Positions 37,916 to 51,140 of a DNA stretch of 64,000 nt are shown here, piece after piece. Made by a program: the position numbers and the translations under genes. The notes below the pieces were generated by a model. It had not been told where the DNA came from and did not search any database. It saw only the letters and a list, made by a program, of their open reading frames with translations. This DNA is from Octopus vulgaris (taxonomy: Eukaryota): assembly GCA_951406725.2 (NCBI GenBank), contig OX597816.1, forward strand, positions 100,192,001 to 100,256,000. The letters are read 5' to 3'. The first letter of the stretch is position 1; each line of letters begins with the position of its first letter.

Positions 37916-40900
37916 TGTCTCATGTATGTATGAGCCAACAAGACTATCATTAAATGGTTGCTAATTTCTGTCAAGCAATAACCTGGATCTTCCAAAACTT
38001 TGTGATAGCATAGAAGTCACAATCTAAAACATGATAACCATGTCTTGGTTGTCACAATCATTTTGAGAAAATTTTCTGAATACAAGTTTTTTTTGTTTTA
38101 GAATACCTCTGAAGCCAACTGATTTGCTACTTGTACATAAAAGGCTTCAGTTTTTTTGCTTTTTTAGTCAGACTCTGTTTCACATGACCTACAACACAAC
38201 TCAAGGGTAAATAACAAAAGATTTTGGGCTGGATCTAGTGGATAAACTGGCCTTGGTGAAAGCTCACTTTTCACAAGATCAGCTTCATCTTGGTATTTCA
38301 AAAACTGGAAAGCCTGGTGTTCTCTACCACAGTATCACAGGAAAAAATCAAGACTATTGTTCACCTTAAAAGTTTGGGATTGAACAAGTGACCAAGAAAT
38401 TTTTCAAGTAATTCCTACCATAGTGAAAGTAGACTGAGTTCCTGTTTTATTGGTCTGTTTATATGTGTCAAAATTAGTGTGTCATGCAATAGCTGAGCAG
38501 TGTTTGGTACTTCTGCTGGAGTAGACACACACTTATGCACACACATACACATGCAGGCATAAACATGTGCACGCATATAAGCATATATATTTACATACAA
38601 ACCCATATGTTTAAATAAAAAAAGTTGCAAATTCCATCAACAAGAAAACCTGGAGATAATACCCCAAAATCTAAAATGTAGTGTAATTTTTGCCACAGTA
38701 TAAGAAACTAGCAAGAAACATCAATAAAGAATGTGTTATTCTTACTGCTATACACCTGCTGAGATCAATATTGGATCATTAAGTCACATTTCTGCTATTG
38801 GAATTAACTAGGCTAAATGAAATGCTTATTGAAGATATAATTGATCAAGAAGGGAAAGAAAATGTAAATGGTTCAAAAAGCATGTTATATTTTTTTGTAA
38901 TGGTTTTAAAAGCAAAGGAATATTGTTTGTAAGTCTGAAAGGAAATCAAAGAATAATGTATTTTAGAAAAGTGTGCCTAGATATAGATGTATTGAATTTA
39001 GTTTTAGAAGATGGTTTGAATTTCTGTATAATGAGTGCATAAGATATATTGATAATATACACAGTATATTATCCATAATCTGCATTTGATATTCTAAAAT
39101 CTTTATAACAAATAAATACATTAGATTGTTCTCTTGTTATCCAGGCTTTTGTTCAACCTTTGGATTATATTTGTACAGACTAATAATAATAAATTAATTA
39201 CTGTAAAAGTTATTTAAATTTTGACAGATAAATTGTCATCCATTTGCTATCTTCCAATCTTTTTCTTCTTGTTTAAATAAGAATGCATACTTTACCTGTT
39301 TAGGCTATTACTGCCATCTATCTTAATTATTGCAATACAATTCAAAGAATAAGAATGTCAGTTGATAATTACAAAGACATTAACTTCCAGACAAAATAGC
39401 AGTTTAATGAAGTGCATATTGAAAATATATTGTATGGTAAAGCTATGAAAATTAGAAAGTTAAAATCAAAATATGAGAAGAAAACTTATATTAAGAATAA
39501 AACTTCTAGCTTCAAGAATCATATGGTTAAGCTTTGCATTTTACTCTGCTTGCTTAGTATAGCATATTGAAATTGAGTGCTATTGCAGGTTCATATTGAA
39601 GTGGTTATCTGCAAAAAGAATATTTTTAAGGTAATATCCAGTACTGCCTATGCTAGCTTGGAATGTGGAATGGAAGATAATTTTTAAAATTATGTTAAAA
39701 ACATTTTAATTTCAATATGGAAAATAGAAATAATTAATGTTTACTTGTTTAATCAGATCAGTGTTATCAATAAATTGAAAACATTTGAATCCAGTTCTCT
39801 GTGAGAGGGAACGTGTACACAATGTAATAGAAACTAATATTATTTAATCATTTTCTCATGTTTTCACATAAGGTTTCTAATTTTTAACTTTTTAAAGTTC
39901 AAACTTGAAAAAGATAAAATTTTTATGTGGTTAAGACCCTCATATCTATGATATTTTCACAACCAAATCATTCCAATATTTCAATTTCTTAAGCCAAAAG
40001 GTCATCCTTATTAAATCTGTATTGCTTCAGCAGAAGCTCCTTCATTTCTGTAAATTATGAGTGTGAATGTCACACAAAAGATACGATGTCTGGCAAAACT
40101 GATTTCCATGCAAGAAACTGTAGGTTTTTGGATTCTTAAGTTTTTGCCTTGGTTTTCAAAATCCTACTGGCATAACACTCATAATAGCTATTTCTGGTAG
40201 GGTAGTATATGGTTAAATAGTTAGTTGGGACACTCCATCATGCAAGAAAGATTTCTGTTCAGATGCCATGAAAGAGTTTCTTAGATTTGAGTAGACAATA
40301 TGAACAACATCAAGGTAAAAATTAAAAAATAACATAATCAAGAAATGACTCTCAATAGTGATTCACAAAGCAATGATTTTTATAATGATTACCTTAACTA
40401 ATCTTTCTTGACAGAATATAGTTTAGTTAACTCCAAAACAAGATATTTGATTGTGAGCAATCTCTGATTTTTATTTCAATTGTTTATGGTAGGAAGCATT
40501 GTATTCACATTTTCTTTTTTTTTATAAAGGTATTTTTGTTAACTCATAAGGGTTTACTTTAATAAACCCTTATGTGTTAATATGTAGAAGAGAGGAAATT
40601 CTGGACATCTTGTAGTTTCAATCATAAATGTAATTTGTATAAACAAAAAAGACTGATAAAAAAGATACAAAATTTGAAATGAAAGGGAATCTTTGTACTG
40701 TATTAATTTTTCAATGATTCTCCAACAAGAGGTTTTAGTTAGTAGCATATAGTAGCTTAGATTCTTTGAAATATATTTGCTTCCCTTTTACTTACCTATC
40801 AAATATTAAATTCTCTTATTTCATTCTAATTCATTAATTACTCAACTCTGAAATTTATGCCTATAACTGGTTGTCACTGTTTAATTTACTGCATTTTATT

Positions 40901-41899
40901 GTTAATGAATTACATATGAAAATAAAGGAACAGCTTATCTATTTCATATTTCTGTCATAAATTGAGACAATTTCAGAAATTATGACTGACTTTCATAGTT
41001 ATAGACATTTCAGTGACATTGGGTATTGTAAGATACAACTATCATTTGCTAAGGTTTATAAGAATTTCAACTCATGCTTTGTTATGATCAAATGTTCTCT
41101 TAGTTCCCACAAACTTTAAACATTAAAATCATTGTGATTTATGATTAATCATTTCTATCAGAGCTTTTGTTCTTCCACATGTACTCTTGGGAACTATCTA
41201 ATTTCGGTTGTGCTCCTTCTAACCAATAATTTGCAGTAAATATGAGATCAGTTGTTCCACCTTGATATTTAAGTGAAATAGTAAAAGATTTATACACATT
41301 TGAGCTGATATTTGAGTGTAACAATACAATTTGATTCCCAGATAAAATATTCATTTATCCCACATTAATATATTTAAGGGGAGTAAAATATAAATATTAA
41401 CTCTAAAACATTGTAAAGTTTAAGGTTTATTTTCTATACAATTACACAGTCCTGCAATCGAAGAAAAGTATACCTTTATGTAAATCAAAAGAATTCCAGT
41501 CAGTATGCAACCACCAATAATAGCAAGGGACTAGCAAACAAATATGATGCGATTAATCATCAGAAAAAAATTTAAATAGTTAAAGCAAGAGGTCTGGAAA
41601 TGAGGATGAAGCTGTTTTCCTGTAAATCGCTCTCCCTTGAAATCCCTCTTTTGTCATATCTACATAGAAACATCAAATCTAGTTTTTTAAAGTCAGAGAA
41701 ATAAAGTTAATACTCATGATTTTTTTCAGAAACTCTGAGATTGATGTAAAGAAAGGAGAAATAATTATTTTCAGACTGAAGTTGTAGCCTGGGTGCTTGT
41801 AACTGAGTGGGTAACTCTAACAGCACTCATAGGCATGTTGGTATTGTGAAATCTGATATGGATTAAGCTTACTACTCCAATATAGGCATGATTCTTCTG

Positions 41900-42030
41900 A
41901 TGAGCTTTTACATAGATCCTATCTATCAAATTTTGTTCACAAGGCTTTGTTGACCCAATTTTGTATAGGGGGATTAAACTTGAAACCATCTTGTTGTGAA
42001 GTGAACTTCTTAGTCTCTCAGCCATACTTA
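41900..42030 (-). mobile_element. Decayed family B SINE 5' half
   Basis: CACAAGGCTTTGTTGACCCAA..GAAACCATCTTGTTG..CAGCCATAC. Confidence 0.55.
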
Positions 42031-42702
42031 TGCTTAGTTGATTTGAACAATACCCTTAGAGTCAAACTTTCCTTCAAGTTGTTCTCAGACATTGTCTTTT
42101 CTTATGGAGATCTGTAGTAACTTTGTCTGATACTCTTCTACAATTGTTTCCAACTTTGTAAATAATTGTTATTAGAATCTAGTATTGAAAAAAAATAGAT
42201 AATGCTTCATATTATTTCACTTGTCATTGGACTTAATCTTTGGTACTCATAGTTGGTAAATCAGGTGCTGTTTATTTATTTAAAAAAAATTTAATCTTGA
42301 ATTTACAATACCACATACTGTTAATAATATCTTTAACATTGCTCTATATTCACAAGCAACTTACAAATTACAATGGATAGCACTATATTCATAAATTTTT
42401 ATATTATAAATTAACAATACCCCATTTTCCGTTTTGTAGCATTTCTAACCCTCTTAATAGCTTTTGACAGTAAGAGATGTACATAAAATGGAATCATTCC
42501 TATACTTTTTAGTAATGCAACATAGTTTAAGTACTTGTATTCATACCACTTTCTCTAAAAGTTTTATGTTCTTAATCATGATTGATGTTTTTCTTTGGGC
42601 AGTAACATAATGCATGTATTTTAGATAGTTATTTTTTTATTTATATATTAAATTCTTCAATAATTCTGATGATTATGATTATGATCCTCCTCCTCTTCTT
42701 TC

Positions 42703-43020
42703 TCATCATCATCATTAAGGTCCATTTTATATGCTGGCATAGATTGGATGGTTTGACAGGACTGAGAAGTCAGAAGACTGAGCCAAGCTCTTCTGTCTGC
42801 TTTAGTATGGTTTCTACAGCTGGATGCCCATCCTAACACCAACCACTTTACAGAGTGTACTGGGTGTTTTTTATGTGCTGCCAGTAGCAGTGATATCAAC
42901 AAATAATTCACTAGACAAGAGCCCCTCAACTGAGGGTGGAGGGAGTTGTATTGAGGGAAGTGGTTTTGTGCCTAGTTATGAGAGGTTAAATTATTAACAG
43001 GACAGAAATAGGTGTCTTGC
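42703..43020 (-). mobile_element. Family A copy
   Basis: (CAT)n..TTTCTACAGCTGGATGCCCATCCTAACACCAACCAC. Confidence 0.75.
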
Positions 43021-43064
43021 AGTTAAAAAGATATTGGGCATTTTAAAGAATCTTATATTCTAAT

Positions 43065-43205
43065 GCCGTCATCATCATTTAACATCCATTGTCCATGCTA
43101 GTATGGGTTGCAAGGTTTGACCAGGGCTGGCAAGCTGGAAGGCTGCACCAGATTCCAGTCGGATTTGGCACGGTTTCTGTGGTTGGATGCTTTACCTAAT
43201 GCTGT
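43065..43205 (-). mobile_element. Family A short copy
   Basis: CATCATCATTTAACATCC..CCATGCTAGTATGGGTTG..GGTTGGATGC. Confidence 0.75.
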
Positions 43206-43374
43206 AACCAATAATTCATATTTGTCATGATGCTCAAAGGCAGTTACAGAAACTTTTTATACCATTGTATGAAGAAACTGCAAATGAGAAGTGCTATTTC
43301 AACCTGTCAATTATAATTTTACATTTTATTAAATGCTTTGATGATGGATACCTTCAACAGTATTCCTATAATCC

Positions 43375-43609
43375 GTAAGGCGGCTAGCTGGCAGAAACGT
43401 TAGCACGCCAGGCGAAATGCTTAGCAGTATTTCGTCTGCATTACGTTGTGAGTTCAAATTCCGCCGAGGTCGACTTTGCCTTTCATCCTTTCAGGGTCGA
43501 TAAATTAAGTACCAGTTACTCACTGGGGTCGATGTAATCGACTTAATACTCATATCTGTCCTTGTTTGTCCCCTCTGTGTTTAGCTCCTTGTGGGTAATA
43601 AAGAAATAG
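43375..43609 (+). mobile_element. Young tRNA-derived SINE (Meta/MESC-like core) with perfect 15-bp TSD
   Basis: TSD GTATTCCTATAATCC at 43360-43374 and 43610-43624; A box TGGCAGAAACG; B box GAGTTCAAATTCC; core GCCTTTCATCCTTTCAGGGTCGATAAATTAAGTACC. Confidence 0.92.
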
Positions 43610-43807
43610 GTATTCCTATAATCCAATTGTTCACCTTGCGTTGTCTACTTGCCTGTGAATTGTATTATTGGGATATAAATTCATTTTGGCTTTTGTAAAG
43701 TTGTTTTCTACTTTCCAGCTTGCTTTAAAATATTTAGTAAATATCATTGTTACTTTCTTAGTAAAAGTACATGAAATGAATTTGACTTCTTTAAACTTTC
43801 TATGTGA

Positions 43808-44050
43808 AGGCGTGTGGCATAGTGGTTACAGTGTCACACTCATGATTGCTATCAATTTCCAAACCAGGTGGTGTGTTGTTTTCTTGAGCAAAACACTTCA
43901 TTTCACATTGCTCTGTGAATGAGCAGAATCGTTGGTGCATTGGTAGAGATGTTTTATGGTATATCTTTTGGCTCTCTACATCCTGAGTTCAAATCCCGCC
44001 TGCCTGGAGGAGGCAGTGGGAAACCACTCGAGTATTCATCCTTTGTCTAG
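43808..44050 (+). mobile_element. Juxtaposed SINE fragments (two different heads plus an RTE/Bov-A-like motif)
   Basis: GGCGTGTGGCATAGTGGTTA head; second head ending GAGTTCAAATCCCGCC; then GGAGGAGGCAGTGGGAAACCACTCGAGTATT. Confidence 0.5.
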
Positions 44051-44288
44051 AATGGTAGCTGAAGTTCCTGTAATCTATGTGTGAGGGTATACAACCAGCC
44101 CGGTTTTATAGAGAGTCCTGGAGAAGGCTCACATGCACAGGACTTGCCCAAAGACAGACCACTGCTAGAGGAATTTACTATAGATTTTAATACATATTTT
44201 GGAGACTTTTGATATATATAGTTGTTTTTGTTCATTTGGTTTCGCATAATTTGTAGATAAAAATAGACTAAAATACAGCAATATTTAA

Positions 44289-44484
44289 TCTTTTAGTATT
44301 TACACCAGCCATATCCAACCAAAGTATCCTATCTGTTTTATGTTCACACCTACTCTACAATGTCATTCTAAAAATATACAATTACAACATTGAAAAATCA
44401 AGTAATAAGATATAATGCATGATTAATTCAGACAATGTAAATAAATAGGTATTACTTTTGATAAAGTAATCTGAATGCTAAAGG
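44289..44484. mobile_element. TTAA-flanked (piggyBac-type) MITE, decayed
   Basis: TTAA|TCTTTTAGTATT...AATGCTAAAGG|TTAA imperfect TIRs. Confidence 0.65.
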
Positions 44485-46169
44485 TTAACATAGTAAATTT
44501 TTGACTGCTACAACAAATCAATTAATGAACTATGTGAAATATTTAACCATAAAATGCTGAAATTAATATTTACCCTAATACTTAAATTTTCAAGTGCACC
44601 TGAGCACTGTATACAAGTTTATTATTATTATAATCTAGAGCAAATGCAAAATATATTAGCAAAGATATATAATTCCTATGAAACCTCTTCTAAACTAACT
44701 TCTTCAGATTCTTATATTCTATCTTTCTTTTACTTTGTGTAATGTCTTTTGTAGATCATGTAGATTCCTTGACTGTTTTTGTCCCATCAACTTTTTTAGT
44801 GGAAAGTACACAGCCTTCCCTTTACAGAAATTTCATGTTTTTGTACTGTTAGCATAACACTACAGTTAGCCATACACTACTCTTCAAAATCTTAAACCAC
44901 TTTACACATTGTTTACACTTTATTGCTTGAAAATATCTTTGAAGCTTCTTTCAATGTTTTTACTTCTCATCTAGAGCAAATGCAAAAGTCAGTGCTCTAA
45001 TGAAACATTTAAAACTTATCTGTTCTTGAAGAAATGAAAGTGTGTCATTGAAGCATGTATTCTCTCCAACTCACATTATTGCATTTATTTTTATCTACTC
45101 TATCTTCACTAGAGTTTGGTTGACTTGTCCATTTTTCCTTGTACAGTAGCTTTTGGGAATTGAGAAAATAATGTATGATTTCTGTCAAGTTAATTACTTT
45201 TGGCTAACTATAGTAACTATAGTTTGTAGTAAATATAATCTTACAGTTTATCAAAATTGATAGAAAATAATTAAAGCATAATCCAGTAAAAACTAACTCT
45301 AAGAAGTATCCACTTGGAAACATTTAAAATTTTTATTTACGAGTATACTAAAAATAACATATATTCACTTGGAGATTTCTTCTAATACTATACGCCATCT
45401 ATAATTAGCATTAAAAGTAGTTATATCATAGATTTAATATTCCTATGGTTCAGCTAAAAAGAACTAGTTTTTATCTATATCTTTACTATTAAGTTTTGTT
45501 TTAAAACATTTTCACATATAATTGCTACATGTAACAATGTATTATTCTACATAATAACCATGCTAATGTATCCAAAGCAATAGATTTTGTTCTTGTTCTT
45601 GCCTCCAAGAATAATCATTCTAATAGAATCAATGTCAATTTTAAGCTAGGCTTACCAAGAAAAATAAAATGTGCTTTGTCTGATGGCAAAATCCACTTTC
45701 AGAGGGTTCAATCACATCTTTTCATTTGAAAATACACTAATTTAACAAGTAAAGCATGGCTAATGTTCATAATTTACTTGATCTCTTCATTACAATTCAT
45801 TATAATATAAGAATTGACATTTGTATTTTCAGAGACTGATCAGTTGGCAAATATAGTAGCACACTAGATAAACCACCTTACAATTCAGATTTCCTATGTC
45901 CAAGATTTATATCATAAGTACAAATAGTAATACTTTTCTATTAGAAATATGATATTTATACTGTTATATAATTTAACATTCAATTAACTGTAATCTGTGA
46001 AAATTAATTTTGTACATTATTACCTTAGTACTACATACATCTACAGATGTAATACATGGACACAACATCAGTGTTGTATCACGGATTTAACTAGGTGTTT
46101 CTTATATACGTGACCCAACCTAGTCATATTCTTTACTGATCCAATCAAGTCATATCTTTACTGCCCTCC

Positions 46170-47000
46170 TCCTATCCTCTCTTTTAATCCATTGCTACCT
46201 AGATGCTTTCTCATTTGCCTATCCATTGCTTATTAGTCTTCTATTTCTTCCTGTAATGCCCATGGTTCCATAACCATTATTTAGGGAACAACTTGTGAAC
46301 TTTCCTGTACTTTCTCCATCCTCTCCTCCCATGAAGTATTTAATTCCAGTAGGATTAGCTGTTTTGTTGTCTCAAAAACCTATGTGATATTTGATCTCAA
46401 CAAACTTCTGGCGATAGTTGCTTCACTAGATCAATATCCATCACCTAATCACAAACTGTTGGAGTCCTTGAGTGATTTGTTTGACCACTTTCTCTCCTTA
46501 ACAAAGGCTATCTTTCTGGCTATAGACATTTTTGCTGTTGCTGATCTCTTTGTTGATTGCCTCAGCAATGAACCTGATCATTTCTCCAGCAATAGCATTG
46601 CTTGTCCAGTACCTTGAAGCAGTTGCTTTGGATTTGTTTGAGGGTCCATATTTTTGAACTCAGAAGGGATACAAGTGTTTTACTATGCCCTCAATGCTCT
46701 CAAGCTGTGTGGCTGATCCTGCCATCAGCAAAGATGACTGCTTACCATGCACTCCAAGCCTAACACTCCCATCTAGACACTTCACTGGTTTTTCCTTGAC
46801 ATATGGGATCTAGGCTTCTACTTTGAAAATAAATTTGTTAATAACTTTTCCTTTCTTCAAAACCATACCCTAGAACTTTGTAGAGCTAGATCTTACACTT
46901 CTTAATACTTCTTTCACATCTCTCAGGTAAGGCTCCTACAAGTTGTATTCTGCTGTTGGTTCTGATAATGTTATAAGTTCATTGTATTAACCCAGCAGTT
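46170..47000 (-). mobile_element. HERO/R2-like (restriction-like endonuclease) LINE remnant
   Basis: Minus-strand remnants MVLKKGKV, CWRNDQV (after an eroded CCHC knuckle), ETTKQLILLELNTSWEERME, KASR*QWIKR. Confidence 0.7.
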
Positions 47001-47006
47001 GGTCAC

Positions 47007-47009
<3 letters not shown>

Positions 47010-47036
<27 letters not shown>
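47010..47036. repeat. (TC)n microsatellite
   Basis: Read directly. Confidence 0.95.
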
Positions 47037-47037
<1 letters not shown>

Positions 47038-47339
47038 TGCTGTAAGTACTCCTGAGGTATTCATTGACAGTGTCTTTCAACAAGTCAAGCAACTAGTCTA
47101 TTTCTGACTCAGAAGCAGTTTTAGCAATCTAGTAGTTAGCCAGGAATGCAGTTTTCTTCCTTTTTATCTCCCTCCACCTTCTTCTTTGACTATCCATTCT
47201 TGTCAGAATCTGGAGCTCTTTCCTGAGGATTGTATGAAGATCAGCTGGGCCAGCCTTTTAAACTTTTCCATTTTGATTTTTTTTTTTTACTGCTTTCTGA
47301 ACAACTTGTGTTCTCTGAAATTTTGGGTGTGTTTGTATT

Positions 47340-47478
47340 TGAACAGCAATGCTACATGGTACTGAGATATGGACCCTAAATTCAAAGGACATGTGAAGAC
47401 TAGAAAGGAATGAAGTTAGTACACTTCATTGGATGTGCAATGTCAGTGTTCATGTGCAACAGAATGTTAGTGTATTGT
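47340..47478 (+). mobile_element. RTE LINE C-terminal fragment
   Basis: Reads MLHGTEIW..RLERNEVSTLHWMCNVSVHVQQNVSVL. Confidence 0.7.
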
Positions 47479-48184
47479 GACCCACCCACCACAGCAGAGT
47501 TGATATCCTAAAACCATCTTGCTAAATGCTGGGCTCTGCTCCACCTCCATTCTCTCTGCCCTGTCAAGCATTCCACTCATACCTTATCCCTTAACACTCA
47601 TCAGTTCTCTATGTATGGTATTATTTAGCTACTAAATCACCTGAGAGCAGTATAGGCACATGCTTCATCCTCTCTCCTTGGTTACCTTCCTCTTCCTCAC
47701 CCCAGAACTACCTCCATTTATCATTATCTTCCCTGCTCACATTCCATTTCCTTCCTGTGCCTTCAGCCACTGCTCTCTTTCCATCTGCTATAATCCATCC
47801 TTAAAACCTAACACCTCGCTTATCTGCTATCACTCCCAATGCCATGATATATCTATTATGATCACTCAAGCTACTCCTATATTTCTCACCTTTACTTACT
47901 ACAGTCACCTGTATCCCATTTCAAACACTCCTCACACTCTGTCTCCTCTGCCCACTCACCTAATCCAATCCTCTATATCACTTCACCTACATCCACCCTC
48001 AACTGTACCTTAGGATATTCCCTGACACATCTCCACCACCATCTGTCACTTTCTCTCCTTCTCTATCTCTTCCTTTAAGTCTCTTTTTTTCTCTATCCAA
48101 CTGGATTATCTGTGTATTTCTTCTATTGCAAGACTCCTATCTCTATTTCTCCAATTATACTTTTAACTTCTCCTCAACAAGCAC

Positions 48185-48357
48185 AAAGCTGCACCCAGTA
48201 CGCTCTGTAAAGTGGTCAGTGTTAGGGAGGGCATCCAGCTGTAGAAATCATGCCAAAACAAGCAATAGTGTTTGGCACAGTTCATCCTCTGATTTACCGG
48301 CTCTTGTCAAACCATCAAACTTATGCCAGCATGGAAAATGGATGTTAAATGATGATG
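48185..48357 (+). mobile_element. Family A copy
   Basis: GTTAGGGAGGGCATCCAGCTGTAGAAA..GCCAGCATGGAAAATGGATGTTAAATGATGATGA. Confidence 0.8.
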
Positions 48358-48567
48358 AATATATATATATATATGAGTTTAAAGGGATATATTATCTGGA
48401 CAGATACTGTATTATCTCTCAGTTAAGTTCCAGTTAACAGCAACAGCTAGTAGTTGCTACAGTGGAAACATATGTAGGTCATTATACTGAACTAGTAGGT
48501 CATTATGTTATATATAACTATAAAATAAATTTTGTAGATGTACAAGTCTCCATACTCTTTATTATTA

Positions 48568-48571
<4 letters not shown>

Positions 48572-48616
<45 letters not shown>
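48572..48616. repeat. (TA)n microsatellite
   Basis: Read directly. Confidence 0.95.
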
Positions 48617-48619
<3 letters not shown>

Positions 48620-49640
48620 GGGTGCTGCCAAAAATCCTCCCAGATTCATTATTATCGATAAACTTTTCAATACCAAATGTATTAGTCAAAATCATCATAC
48701 AAACTGAAAAAGAAACATAAAACATTAGCTATATGAAAGCATCATTATCTCCTGTCTAACTTCACTTGCAGCAGGGTGTTGCAGAAAAACCTATAGTTTT
48801 AAAAGCATATGTGTGTGTGTGTATACATTAATACATATATATGTGTGTGCGCATGTGTATATATATCAATACATGCATATATATATATGTGTGTGTGTGT
48901 GTATTAAAGCATGCAACACATGTGCATGGTGTATGTGTGTATAAATGTGCCTTATGTATGTGTATATATGCATATATGTGTGTTATAGGAAATGTTTTTT
49001 GTCTTCATAATGCTTAAACAATTCCATTTCCTGATGCTGGACTGAGTCAATGCTTTCTGAATATTTTCTACCCTTATTTTCTTAATTTTCTAGTTTCTTT
49101 TCGCACTTTCTTTTTTAATTCATTTTATATCCACAATATCCCTTTTCTCATTAACTTTACTGAATATTTCCTGTCAGATTGGTTTTATGTTTACTTTTGT
49201 TGGACAAAAGCTTTGAAAGTAGACAAATAATTTTAGACTTTCATGAATACAAAGTGCTTCTTTCATTATCGTTAATCATAGTTATGCCCAAACTCTTGCA
49301 CAGTTTCCAAATAGCCATTCACCTTCATACATATTCACAGGCTGATACTAAGAGAACGCACTTTTGCAGATTTAAAATGAACATATTTCAATATAAAAAT
49401 GATGCAACTGGTCACTTAAATTTAGACGCATATGTTAAATTCTGATGTATTAAATATTTTTTTCTGTATAGGTACCATTTTGTGTTTGTATATATATATG
49501 CCCACACATACATCATCACCATCATCATCATTAACATCTGTAGTAGCTGTAGTTTTTGTCCACTTTCAATGGTGACATGGATCAGGTAGATCTTGGGTAT
49601 GTGAGAGTGTTTAATGTTGAAAATGTTGACCTGAATCATA

Positions 49641-51140
49641 TCTATAAAAGGGAGGATGTGTGTGCATGTATGTGTGTACGTGATTGTAATTTATGCATGT
49701 CCACAAATTAGCACGCATGTCGCTCAAATTTTAGGAGGACATTTGTCAACATCTTATCTGGGTTTTGTCAACTTATTTTTTTCTCCGAGGCACAATTTGC
49801 AAGGCTTCCACCACACCCCATTCTGTTTTATGGACCACAAAAAGGGTTTTGAGGCCAGAGTAGTTGATTCCACGCAAAAAAAAAAACGATTATTTTTCTT
49901 AGTGAAAATTGTGCGAGTGTTAATCTGCAAATTTAACAACATTTTTTCCATTCATTTCTGTTTATGAACATGTATGCATGCACAAAATAGGTGTACATAT
50001 GTACGTGTGTGCATGTGTGTTCGTGTCTGTTGCCCATATATATTTATATTATATTATATATATATAATATATAATATATATATAACATATACATATAATA
50101 TAACTAATTTCAATGGATTTCACCCAAATTTGACGTCTATATTACTTAGTTTGGTTTGAAATAAAGAACTTGATTAGCTTAATAATCGTAACTTAATCCC
50201 GAACAAGGATTAAGTTATACTGCTAGTACTCACAAAACTGAAAGAAATTGTTTGTTTCTATAAATATCAAAATCTTATAATAATTCTGCTTGTCATTCCA
50301 TTACTTAGCCCATCAGTAACGCTTTCACGTGATTAGAGAAAAGAAGAGAAAAAGAGAGGGAAGCCTCCAAGACGTGAGGTCGAGTGAATGCAATTGTAAT
50401 GCTTTCATCTGATTAGTTGAAGGAAAAGAGAGGAGTGAGAAAAAGGGGATAAGGCAAAGAGTGAGACAGAAAGAGTGAGAAAAAGACAGAGAAAAAGGAG
50501 AGAAGCATCCATGATGTGAGGTATGGCGAATGTAATATTTATTACATGGTTAAAAAAGTTAGTTGAAGACAGTGATAATATAGAGGAGGAGAGTTAAGAA
50601 TATATTTTTAGGAGAGGGGTGATGTTCTGATTGTGAGGTTAAAGAAAGGCAGAGTGAGGTGGATGATGGTGGTGGAAGTTTTTGGTGGTGGCGATTGCAT
50701 AGTAAAAAGTGTATTTTTGCTTTGAATTGAACTAAATTCTTTATATCACCTATCACTTAACGCATGTACATAGGTACAGTTCTGGAAATATTCATGCTTA
50801 TTTGTGTAGCAGATATATGCTATTTAACTAAAGGCCATATGTACAGGAAATTTTGTTTTGTTTATGGGGAAAATGGAAAAATAAGAGTGAATATCATTTT
50901 ATGAGTGCTGTGTATTAAATCTATAAAATTGTGCATAAAGTATTTAAAGTGTATATATAATGTGCATTAAGTAATCATTGTATTCCAATTTCTTTCACTT
51001 TTCGATGAGTTGCAGATGAGCAACTGTCTTTCCATACAGACGCAACACAGGCTACACTTTCAGGTTTTTTGGATAAAGTTTTCAGAAATAACCCAGTAGG
51101 TTTATCATTAATTCCGTGAAATGTTCGCAGGTCCCGCTAG
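49641..51140 (+). mobile_element. Non-autonomous composite Helitron with two 3' ends
   Basis: A|TCTATAAAAG 5' end; hairpin plus CTAG|T at 50189-50226; second hairpin CCGTGAA-ATG-TTCGCAGG plus CTAG|T at 51114-51140; CpG-richer than flanks. Confidence 0.75.

Noticed and set aside
41450-41575. Possible terminal exon (acceptor plus 41 open codons, SCNRRKVYLYVNQ...)
   Set aside because: Weak pyrimidine tract, no similarity to the expected SIF continuation, and plausible by chance.
47490-48170. Pyrimidine-rich ORF (and purine-rich 1-480)
   Set aside because: Compositional bias explains the open frame; probably an old repeat, family not identifiable.
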